This document shows positions 11,830 through 23,034 of a DNA stretch of 64,000 nucleotides, piece by piece. Origin of the DNA: Paraphysomonas bandaiensis (Eukaryota > Protista > Chrysophyceae); NCBI GenBank assembly GCA_965644295.1, contig CBFFRP010000078.1, positions 186,001 through 250,000 of the forward strand, in the 5' to 3' direction. The notes beneath the pieces were generated by a model. That model was not told where the DNA came from. It saw only the letters and a list, made by a program, of their open reading frames with translations, and made no database searches. Within the stretch, counting starts at the first letter, position 1. Every line of letters begins with the position of its first letter. The translations under genes were made by a program, and so were the position numbers.

Positions 11830-13486
11830 ATGTATGTGAGACCAAATCTTTATTACGTTTTTGAGTGACCATGACCTATGAGTACTTCTTAGCTATCTCA
11901 TTCTTAAAAATTTCTTCATGAACAATTATTTAAAGCCATCACTCCGCTGCTTTGATTTGACCCAAAAATAGCGAATTCTAGTAAACTGTTGGCTGATGAG
12001 CGTCAACTATTTCATAGTCAGTACATAGTGATCACAAATGAAAACAGCAGCCTTCATAATGTTGTAGCTGATGTGAATATAAATTAGCTAAACTTCAATG
12101 TTGAGTATTTTCAGGAGGGTATCGTTAAAATACTGAAGTTTTTATTGACAGTTCAAGATACTATCACTATCTACTCTAATAGTTAACTCTTTCACTGGAC
12201 GGTCATATTTCTTTTTATGGCAGAAAGCGGCTATTGAACGACTCAGTAACACTTACTTCTATTCACACTTAGTAATACTAAATTTTCTATTATGGTAAAT
12301 ATATCATATATCATATCGTACAGTACAACTCAGCAAGTTTCATTTCTTGAAGTAATTGATTTATAACATAATAGTATTACCACAAAGAAAGACAGACGAA
12401 ATAAGTATGGTCCAGCTTCACCTTCCAGTAGCAGTAGTATTACTTTAAAATGACAATTTTCTGTTTCGATTTTTGATTGGCCACTTTCATTTTTTTGCTT
12501 CTCAAATGATATCACTATCCCAGATACTATTGAAACCTGCCTTGGTGAAATCCCATGAATCAGAGGAGTGTATAGTTGAGGCTTCAGCGAATGAGAATGC
12601 TGCAGTATTGGTAAATGAGCACGGTGATATTCCATCAAGAGGGGCTAAACGTAAATCAGGTGGGCCGAGAACAAGTTGGTGCAATCAGGTTTCCAGCTGT
12701 TGTTGTTGACGTCGTCTTGAAGACTATGAGAACTGGAGAAATTCGAAGACTATATCAGAGAGGAAAGCTGCACCTACGTTTCTCCATCCCTCGGACAGTG
12801 GTTTAGTAAATGTAAGTAACATAAATCTTATTCGCTACTAGTGATGTATAAATCGTTATTAATTAATATCATCAGCACATTAGTTCTAAGTATATTAATC
12901 GCTATTTACCTTTATATGTGTGCACTGTCTGCAGATGATGATATAGCACGGCCTATAAGGCGTATCCACTGTCATCATATATGTAATGAATAGAGTGTAA
13001 ATGATGTCTTATTCATACTTTATCTTGATACTGTAGACTGGTATGTTGGAATAGCATCTTGTGAGCTAATGGATCAGGAGCTCCTGGGCTGTGATTGTAG
13101 TTATGAGATGCTGGTATCTGTCTGTGGGCTGGGAATATGCCGATCCACAAACAAATCCAGGCTTTTTTTGATGCATGTTGCTTTTTGACGAATATATTTC
13201 AGAGAAATAACAAAAAAAGGTCGATTATTTGCTGGATCTGACAGACAGATATCATACTTGAATGTATTTTCTATATATCGTGTTCAATTTCTATACAAAA
13301 AAAGCAAACACACACACTTCCAAAAAAACTTCAGACGTAGCATGTAGCATGGAATTCTGTACTGTTTTTTCATCCAATTTGGAATTCGGAATTCCAAGAA
13401 GGCCCCAACTTTTTAGACCAAGCCGCCTGAAAATAATTTTCAGCAAGTCCGCAAAATTCTGGGCCAGCATATATATACATACATGA

Positions 13487-13633
13487 ATAGGCATCCTTTG
13501 TATATTTTTGTTCATAGATGCTTCTAATTTGGAGACAAAAATTATCTGTATTCCAACCGTAGTTGTATATTAGTTATATAGAGGACTTTTGCTTCAATTT
13601 ATTTCCGAAACAATATGATGCTGACTGCCGATA
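13487..13633. mobile_element. ~145-bp short-TIR element upstream of MetAP1 copy 2
   Basis: GGCATCCTTTGTATATTTTTGTTCA...GATGCTGACTGCCGATA is homologous to 36100-36246. Confidence 0.8.
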
Positions 13634-13752
13634 TGCATACATATATACAGACATGCATGTATATGACAAGTCAACGCATCATACATACTTAACACCCTCA
13701 ATATACATACATATTCAATTCAGATTATCAATTAAATAGTTTTATAATTATC

Positions 13753-15416
13753 ATGACACAATGTGCATCACCAGGATGTGAAAATACGGCTACATTAGCC
13801 TGTCCAACATGCTTAAAGATAGGTATACCTCCAACTAGATTTTGTAGTCAGGAATGCTTTAAAAATAACTGGACGAATCATAAACAACTTCATAAAGCTA
13901 TTAAATTAGCTCGTCAAGAAGTGAAACAAGATCCATCTGCTGTTCCTAGTGAGTTTTATGGGTTTCAGTTCACTGGTCCACTGGTACGATACACACACAC
14001 GTAGACATACACATACATATATACACATATATATATATATATGCTATACTTACATCATGTATATAGCGTCCAGCTATGGTTACACCTAAACGTGAAGTAC
14101 CCCCTGAAATTCCTAGACCAGATTATGCGAATCATCCAACAGGCATTCCTGAAACTGAAATGCAAGAAAGGCGTACGAATAAATCGATTAGAGTATACAC
14201 ACCAGAAGAAATTCAAGGTATTAGGGAGGCGTGTAGAATTGGTCGGGAGGTATTGGATATAGCGGCTGCAGCTGTGCGTGTTGGAGTTACATGCGATGAG
14301 ATTGATAGAGTGGTGAGTTATAATAATTATGCGCATTCTCGAAGATGTGTGTTTTCTGTATACGTTCATCTTATCCTACGGTGTAGGTGCACGAGGCCAC
14401 AATTGAGCGCGGGGCGTATCCTTCTCCTCTCAATTATCATCAATTCCCGAAATCATTGGTATGTACCTTCACCTTCCGTTACGACTTCTGTATTACGTGT
14501 GCTGTGCCGTATACCATGAACTGAACATCTTTGCTTAGTGTACATCTGTAAATGAAGTGATCTGCCATGGAATCCCAGGTACCGTATTGATTTGAACTGG
14601 TTCGCTAGGGACGATCACATTTATGTCATTGCTTGTTTTTGTTGTTCATTGGGTATTAATGTTACATTGTTTTGTATTTTTTTCTTTATTTACTCGAGAT
14701 GCAACTTCCATTATACCTGAGCTGCACTGTATGACACGACAATTATTACGTATATTGTTTTCGTTTAGACGTTGCGTGATCGTATGTTTCATTATGTAGA
14801 TATGCGCGAGCTGAAGGACGGTGATATTTTGAACCTAGACATATCCGTGTATTACAACGGCTACCATGGTGACTTAAATGAAACCTTCTGTGTGGGTAAT
14901 GTGGATGAAGAGGGTCGTAAGCTAGTGGAGACAGCATATATGTGTCTCGCTAACGCAATTTCAATGGTCAAGCCAGGAACCCTTTATAGAGACTTTGGGA
15001 TGGCCATTTCTAAAACTGCGAAAGCGAATAAGTGCTCTGTTGTGCGAACTTTTTGCGGACATGGTATTGGTACTCTTTTCCATACTGTCCCAGATGTGCC
15101 ACATTACGCCAAAAACAAGGCCAAAGGTGTCTTGCAGCCGGGGCATGTGTTTACAATTGAACCAATGATTAATCTTGGTAAGTGCAAGATATGGACATGA
15201 AGAACATATCCAGTATTTCATTGTGTATATTATGTAGGTGGCTACCGTGATGTCCTTTGGCCTGATGGCTGGACAGACGTCACTGAAGATGGATCCAGGT
15301 CCGCTCAGTTTGAGCATACAATGGTAGTCACAGAGACGGGGTGTGAGCTTCTGACCGCACGAATTGGGGAACCCACTGACAGATTAGTTTGGAATCCCGA
15401 TACATTTTCGAAATAG
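13753..15416 (+). CDS. METAP1: Methionine aminopeptidase 1, diverged tandem copy 2
   Basis: Same exon structure as copy 1, with intact splice sites and all five metal ligands. Variants include [22 protein letters not shown] and WTDVT. Stop TAG at 15414-15416. Confidence 0.93.
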
Positions 15417-16599
15417 ATGTATGTGAGACCCAATCTTTATTCGTTTTTGAGTGACCATGACCTATGAGTACTTCTTAGCGATCACATTCTTAAAAATTTC
15501 TTCATGAAAATTTTTTTATTTCTGCTTGATTTGACCCAAAAATAGAGAATTCTAATAAACTGTTGGCTGATGAGCGTCAACTATTTCATAGTCAGTACTA
15601 AGAGATTAGATATGAAAGCAGCAGCCTTCATAATAATGTTGTAGCTGATGTGAATATAAATTAGCTAAACTTCAATGTTGAGTATCTTCAGGAGGGTATC
15701 GTTAAAATACTGAAGTTTTTATTGACAGTTCAAGATACTATCACTATCTACTCTAATAATTAACTCTTTCACTAAACGGTCATATTTCTTTTTATGGCAG
15801 AAAGCGGCTATTGAACGATTTAAAACGTAATAGTATTATCAAAAAAAGACAGGCGAAATAATTATGGTCCAGCTTCACCTTCCAGTAGCAGTAGTATTAC
15901 TTTAGAATGTCAACACAGCAGCATTTTATTATATGGTAACGCGGAAGCAAGCACATCTTAACAAGCAAACTAGATACCGTAGAATTAAACACTTGCATAG
16001 CTACGCTACAGAACCAATCAAGTTGAAAGAAGCGAAAGTTGCAGAATTATTACTTGCTGTCTCAATTTCAATTATTGCAATTAACTGCATTTATGCTTAG
16101 TCTGTAGCCTCTCCTCAATCAGATGTTGCCTCTTTTTCACCATATCACACTCCCTCTCGATTTTTGTTGCTGGACACACCAGATGACCCTCATATCCCAC
16201 CCCTGTCCAGCTATACACTATCTTGCATGTGCTCTCTACCGCTGGCTAAGACAGCAAAAGAGTCGATTTCGACGCTTCTTTACAGTAGGCCATAACCTTT
16301 TGCAAGACCTTCATCCACATACCTCCGAGCCACTTGGCACAATGCCTAAAGGAAGGCCACCAGATCGCCAAAATCTCAGCAGGGTATAGTACTGTTTCCC
16401 CTGGTTGCCGTGAGGTACATAAGGCAGTCCCCGAGGCAAATTGCACACAATGTATGTGTAGTCTTAAGCGTACCAGTGTTGTAGTGTAGTAGACTTAGAT
16501 CACTGCTTTCACTTATCATGCTGTACGTTGCACAACGTGTCCCCTACTACACATCTATCATATAGCGCCGGTGAGTCCCAGGACGCACGATCATGGCGA

Positions 16600-16810
16600 G
16601 CCTCATAACACACACTAAGAACGGAAGTGGTCGCATCTTGGTGCTTGCGGCGACGCAAAAGCAGCTTCTGTAGCGTTAAATAGTAGGATAAAAGAGTTTG
16701 TATTGATTAGTTACGGGTAGAGGTCTAAATAGTTTGTCTTGCATTCTTCTAGCCACTAATTGGTGCAGGCTTTCAACGCCTATTGCTAAATAATTAGACA
16801 TTCAAAAAGT
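16600..16810. repeat. Dispersed repeat (also at ~20406-20616, inverted at ~30610-30790, partial at ~46545-46650)
   Basis: GTGGTCGCATCTTGGTGCTTGCGGCGACGCAAAAGCAGCTTCTGTAGCGTTAAATAGTAGGATA...ACGCCTATTGCTAAATAATTAGACATTC recurs in diverged form at those positions. Confidence 0.7.
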
Positions 16811-17307
16811 CTTAATTGCAATTTGTTGGAATACGTATGGTTCTCTAAGATAGTACTGTAGAATACGTTAAATACAATGTGAAAAACAGTAATACGTAGT
16901 CAATAGTCAAAGGTGCTATATATGAATATGAAGTAAATTATCATCTTGTTCACAATAATGACATGTTAATATCCGAATCACGAGAGGCGAAGACTGGTTC
17001 GAATTAGATTAATCAAAGTATGCGGAGAAAGTGATTCAGAAGTTCGAATATATGTCATGGGGAATAGTAGCAAGAATAAGGACGCTCCGTTGCCATCGAA
17101 TGCAAGAACTACTAGCTGCAGAACGGGAACTTACATCAGAACAACAGGAGGACTAAGTCTCAAAGTTTCCGGACCGTAGTATTATTGGGGCAATCCTGTA
17201 TCTCGCACTACATACAAGACCAGATCTCGCTAATGACATTGAACTACTATAGAGATACGAGATACGTATGCATCTTGGCGGCTAGCAATAATTCATTTAT
17301 TGAATTA

Positions 17308-17400
17308 CTTAGTAACACTTACTTCTATTCACACTTAGTACTTAGTAACACTTACTTCTATTCACACTTAGTAACAACTTAGTAACACTTACTTCTACAT
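17308..17400. repeat. Short tandem repeat TTAGTAACACTTACTTCTATTCACAC, about 3 copies (duplicated at ~21114-21206; single copy at ~12244)
   Basis: Directly visible in the sequence. Confidence 0.85.
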
Positions 17401-17928
17401 TAGTATAGTATCAATTAATAATACTTGAGAGTTGATATGAATGAAGTAAATTATCATGTTTTACATGACAACGCAACATACATACAATTGTGTATGCAAT
17501 TATAATAAAGAGTCTATATCTAGTTTAATTACCATAAACTTTTCTCAACGATCGTAATTTTTAAAATGATCAATAGTCTATACAGTTAATAGCAATTGTT
17601 TAGTACTAAACTTCATTAACTGCGAATACAGCTACTTCAACTGTCCTTTCATTCCAGAGGCAACATTTCATGCGTAAAACATAAGTAATACTCTTGCGCA
17701 TATACTCATTACGGCTTTACCCTCAACTGAGAACAATTGAAGATCTTGATATTGCGAGTTTCATTGTACAAGTCCAAAAAAATCTAAAGAATTTACCTCA
17801 CTTGTTGTTATTACGCTACTCATGGGAACACTTAGTCGCAAGAGAGCTTTAAATATGCAATCGCTACCACTCAATCATGTACTGCACGAGAAAAAACTAC
17901 TAACTGGTACTTGAAACAGACAGCACAA

Positions 17929-19228
17929 TTACATCGCGTCACTATCATGTGCCGTGGCTGTGTTTTCGGTCAACAAACCACTTCCTTCAATATCACCCTT
18001 AGCATAGTCCTTGTATGTGATGTCACCCTTCCAGTACTTCTCGTAGCAGTACCAGGAAATAGCGATACCAATAATTACGGGAATGAAGCCATAGTAAAAG
18101 TGGTCCCAGTCATCATTACCAGCGATAAGAGGAGCCACGGTGAGGGAGATGATGCTCATGAGTTTAATAAGAATATTAAGGGCAGGGCCAGAAGTATCTT
18201 TGAAAGGGTCACCTACTGTGTCACCAACAACACAGGCTTTGTGAGTGTCAGTACCCTTTCCTCCGCATGCCTTCTCGATCTCAATGTACTTCTTGGAGTT
18301 ATCCCAAGCACCACCAGCGGTACTCATCATAATGGCAAGCATGGCGCCAGATGCAATAGATCCGCCAAGAAGCCCAGCAAGACAACGGGGTCCAACGAGG
18401 AATCCAATGAAGAGAGGAGAGAGAATGGCGTAAGCTCCGGGGAGAACCATTTCCTGAACCGATGAAACGGTACAGATCTCAACACAGCGCTCGGAGTCAG
18501 GCTCAGCGGTGCCTTCCATCAAACCAGGAATTGTATGGAACTGGCGGCGGACTTCCTCGATAATGGCAGCAGCAGCCTTTCTAACAGAAAGCATGGTAAG
18601 AGCAGCGAAGAGATAGGGAAGCATTGCACCGAAGAGCATTCCAGAAAATACAATAGGATCCCCCATGTTAATCTCGCCCTCAATATCGGCCTGCTTTTCA
18701 AACGCAGACAGAAGAGAAACAGCAGTGAGAACTGCAGAACCAATAGCGAAACCTTTGCCAGTAGCAGCAGTGGTGTTGCCAAGAGCATCCAGAGCATCGG
18801 TGGTGTCACGCACACGCTCGTCGAGCTCAGCCATCTCAGCAATACCACCAGCATTGTCAGCGACAGGTCCGTAAGCATCAGTTGCAAGGGTAACAGCCAG
18901 TGTGGAGAGCATACCGACAGCAGCAATGGCAATACCATATTCACCGGCGAGAGCATTGCAGCAAATAACGGTGAAAACAATCACAAAGATGGGTCCAACG
19001 CAAGAGATCATACCAACACCAAGACCCTGAATAATGACAGTGGCAGGACCGGTGAGACCAGCATCAGTGATTGACTTAACAGGCTTATAGGAGTAAGAAG
19101 TGAAGTATTCAGTCAACTCGCCAATGAGAACACCACAGAAAAGACCGAGAATGATGCATCCAAAGCACCTCCATCCGTCAGACTGACGGCCAGGGAAAAG
19201 TCCCCAGCAGATGAAGATAGAGAAGATA
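17929..19228 (-). pseudogene. 5'-truncated duplicate of the membrane pyrophosphatase (C-terminal ~430 aa only)
   Basis: Identical to 21735-23034 but begins at the duplication junction. It lacks [11 protein letters not shown] and DNVGDNVGD. The track start is a TTG; the first in-frame ATG is at 19011. Confidence 0.85.
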
Positions 19229-19231
19229 GAT

Positions 19232-22200
19232 AGACCCAATCTTTATTCGTTTTTGAGTGACCATGACCTATGAGTACTTCTTAGCGATCACATTCTTAAA
19301 AATTTCTTCATGAAAATTTTTTTATTTCTGCTTGATTTGACCCAAAAATAGAGAATTCTAATAAACTGTTGGCTGATGAGCGTCAACTATTTCATAGTCA
19401 GTACTAAGAGATTAGATATGAAAGCAGCAGCCTTCATAATAATGTTGTAGCTGATGTGAATATAAATTAGCTAAACTTCAATGTTGAGTATCTTCAGGAG
19501 GGTATCGTTAAAATACTGAAGTTTTTATTGACAGTTCAAGATACTATCACTATCTACTCTAATAATTAACTCTTTCACTAAACGGTCATATTTCTTTTTA
19601 TGGCAGAAAGCGGCTATTGAACGATTTAAAACGTAATAGTATTATCAAAAAAAGACAGGCGAAATAATTATGGTCCAGCTTCACCTTCCAGTAGCAGTAG
19701 TATTACTTTAGAATGTCAACACAGTAGTATTACTTTATATGGTAACGCGGAAGCAAGCACATCTTAACAAGCAAACTAGATACCGTAGAATTAAACACTT
19801 GCATAGCTACGCTACAGAACCAATCAAGTTGAAAGAAGCGAAAGTTGCAGAATTATTACTTGCTGTCTCAATTTCAATTATTGCAATTAACTGCATTTAT
19901 GCTTAGTCTGTAGCCTCTCCTCAATCAGATGTTGCCTCTTTTTCACCATATCACACTCCCTCTCGATTTTTGTTGCTGGACACACCAGATGACCCTCATA
20001 TCCCACCCCTGTCCAGCTATACACTATCTTGCATGTGCTCTCTACCGCTGGCTAAGACAGCAAAAGAGTCGATTTCGACGCTTCTTTACAGTAGGCCATA
20101 ACCTTTTGCAAGACCTTCATCCACATACCTCCGAGCCACTTGGCACAATGCCTAAAGGAAGGCCACCAGATCGCCAAAATCTCAGCAGGGTATAGTACTG
20201 TTTCCCCTGGTTGCCGTGAGGTACATAAGGCAGTCCCCGAGGCAAATTGCACACAATGTATGTGTAGTCTTAAGCGTACCAGTGTTGTAGTGTAGTAGAC
20301 TTAGATCACTGCTTTCACTTATCATGCTGTACGTTGCACAACGTGTCCCCTACTACACATCTATCATATAGCGCCGGTGAGTCCCAGGACGCACGATCAT
20401 GGCGAGCCTCATAACACACACTAAGAACGGAAGTGGTCGCATCTTGGTGCTTGCGGCGACGCAAAAGCAGCTTCTGTAGCGTTAAATAGTAGGATAAAAG
20501 AGTTTGTATTGATTAGTTACGGGTAGAGGTCTAAATAGTTTGTCTTGCATTCTTCTAGCCACTAATTGGTGCAGGCTTTCAACGCCTATTGCTAAATAAT
20601 TAGACATTCAAAAAGTCTTAATTGCAATTTGTTGGAATACGTATGGTTCTCTAAGATAGTACTGTAGAATACGTTAAATACAATGTGAAAAACAGTAATA
20701 CGTAGTCAATAGTCAAAGGTGCTATATATGAATATGAAGTAAATTATCATCTTGTTCACAATAATGACATGTTAATATCCGAATCACGAGAGGCGAAGAC
20801 TGGTTCGAATTAGATTAATCAAAGTATGCGGAGAAAGTGATTCAGAAGTTCGAATATATGTCATGGGGAATAGTAGCAAGAATAAGGACGCTCCGTTGCC
20901 ATCGAATGCAAGAACTACTAGCTGCAGAACGGGAACTTACATCAGAACAACAGGAGGACTAAGTCTCAAAGTTTCCGGACCGTAGTATTATTGGGGCAAT
21001 CCTGTATCTCGCACTACATACAAGACCAGATCTCGCTAATGACATTGAACTACTATAGAGATACGAGATACGTATGCATCTTGGCGGCTAGCAATAATTC
21101 ATTTATTGAATTACTTAGTAACACTTACTTCTATTCACACTTAGTACTTAGTAACACTTACTTCTATTCACACTTAGTAACAACTTAGTAACACTTACTT
21201 CTACATTAGTATAGTATCAATTAATAATACTTGAGAGTTGATATGAATGAAGTAAATTATCATGTTTTACATGACAACGCAACATACATACAATTGTGTA
21301 TGCAATTATAATAAAGAGTCTATATCTAGTTTAATTACCATAAACTTTTCTCAACGATCGTAATTTTTAAAATGATCAATAGTCTATACAGTTAATAGCA
21401 ATTGTTTAGTACTAAACTTCATTAACTGCGAATACAGCTACTTCAACTGTCCTTTCATTCCAGAGGCAACATTTCATGCGTAAAACATAAGTAATACTCT
21501 TGCGCATATACTCATTACGGCTTTACCCTCAACTGAGAACAATTGAAGATCTTGATATTGCGAGTTTCATTGTACAAGTCCAAAAAAATCTAAAGAATTT
21601 ACCTCACTTGTTGTTATTACGCTACTCATGGGAACACTTAGTCGCAAGAGAGCTTTAAATATGCAATCGCTACCACTCAATCATGTACTGCACGAGAAAA
21701 AACTACTAACTGGTACTTGAAACAGACAGCACAATTACATCGCGTCACTATCATGTGCCGTGGCTGTGTTTTCGGTCAACAAACCACTTCCTTCAATATC
21801 ACCCTTAGCATAGTCCTTGTATGTGATGTCACCCTTCCAGTACTTCTCGTAGCAGTACCAGGAAATAGCGATACCAATAATTACGGGAATGAAGCCATAG
21901 TAAAAGTGGTCCCAGTCATCATTACCAGCGATAAGAGGAGCCACGGTGAGGGAGATGATGCTCATGAGTTTAATAAGAATATTAAGGGCAGGGCCAGAAG
22001 TATCTTTGAAAGGGTCACCTACTGTGTCACCAACAACACAGGCTTTGTGAGTGTCAGTACCCTTTCCTCCGCATGCCTTCTCGATCTCAATGTACTTCTT
22101 GGAGTTATCCCAAGCACCACCAGCGGTACTCATCATAATGGCAAGCATGGCGCCAGATGCAATAGATCCGCCAAGAAGCCCAGCAAGACAACGGGGTCCA

Positions 22201-23034
22201 ACGAGGAATCCAATGAAGAGAGGAGAGAGAATGGCGTAAGCTCCGGGGAGAACCATTTCCTGAACCGATGAAACGGTACAGATCTCAACACAGCGCTCGG
22301 AGTCAGGCTCAGCGGTGCCTTCCATCAAACCAGGAATTGTATGGAACTGGCGGCGGACTTCCTCGATAATGGCAGCAGCAGCCTTTCTAACAGAAAGCAT
22401 GGTAAGAGCAGCGAAGAGATAGGGAAGCATTGCACCGAAGAGCATTCCAGAAAATACAATAGGATCCCCCATGTTAATCTCGCCCTCAATATCGGCCTGC
22501 TTTTCAAACGCAGACAGAAGAGAAACAGCAGTGAGAACTGCAGAACCAATAGCGAAACCTTTGCCAGTAGCAGCAGTGGTGTTGCCAAGAGCATCCAGAG
22601 CATCGGTGGTGTCACGCACACGCTCGTCGAGCTCAGCCATCTCAGCAATACCACCAGCATTGTCAGCGACAGGTCCGTAAGCATCAGTTGCAAGGGTAAC
22701 AGCCAGTGTGGAGAGCATACCGACAGCAGCAATGGCAATACCATATTCACCGGCGAGAGCATTGCAGCAAATAACGGTGAAAACAATCACAAAGATGGGT
22801 CCAACGCAAGAGATCATACCAACACCAAGACCCTGAATAATGACAGTGGCAGGACCGGTGAGACCAGCATCAGTGATTGACTTAACAGGCTTATAGGAGT
22901 AAGAAGTGAAGTATTCAGTCAACTCGCCAATGAGAACACCACAGAAAAGACCGAGAATGATGCATCCAAAGCACCTCCATCCGTCAGACTGACGGCCAGG
23001 GAAAAGTCCCCAGCAGATGAAGATAGAGAAGATA
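19232..23034. repeat. Tandem segmental duplication, unit 2
   Basis: Starts AGACCCAATC, matching 15426, after a 3-nt GAT filler. Identity with unit 1 ends at 23034, inside the full PPase gene. Confidence 0.97.

Larger units (their letters stand above)
15426..19228. repeat. Tandem segmental duplication, unit 1 (period 3806 bp)
   Basis: Near-identical to 19232-23034; every ORF recurs at +3806 (16123/19929, 17929/21735). Confidence 0.97.

Noticed and set aside
11985-12055. CTGATGAG...GAAA in the MetAP 3' flank as a possible hammerhead ribozyme
   Set aside because: The required stems II and III cannot be formed around the core.
12473-12812. Frame continuing past TGA after CCC (possible selenocysteine readthrough)
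   Set aside because: No recognisable selenoprotein fold or SECIS element; more likely a decayed gene or transposon fragment.
16003-16676. 11-bp inverted repeat ACGCTACAGAA/TTCTGTAGCGT as transposon ends
   Set aside because: No target duplication is present, and the right arm lies inside a longer dispersed repeat.
17308-17400. Repeats of ~26-30 bp as a possible CRISPR array
   Set aside because: The repeats are adjacent with no unique spacers, there are no cas genes, and the context is eukaryotic.
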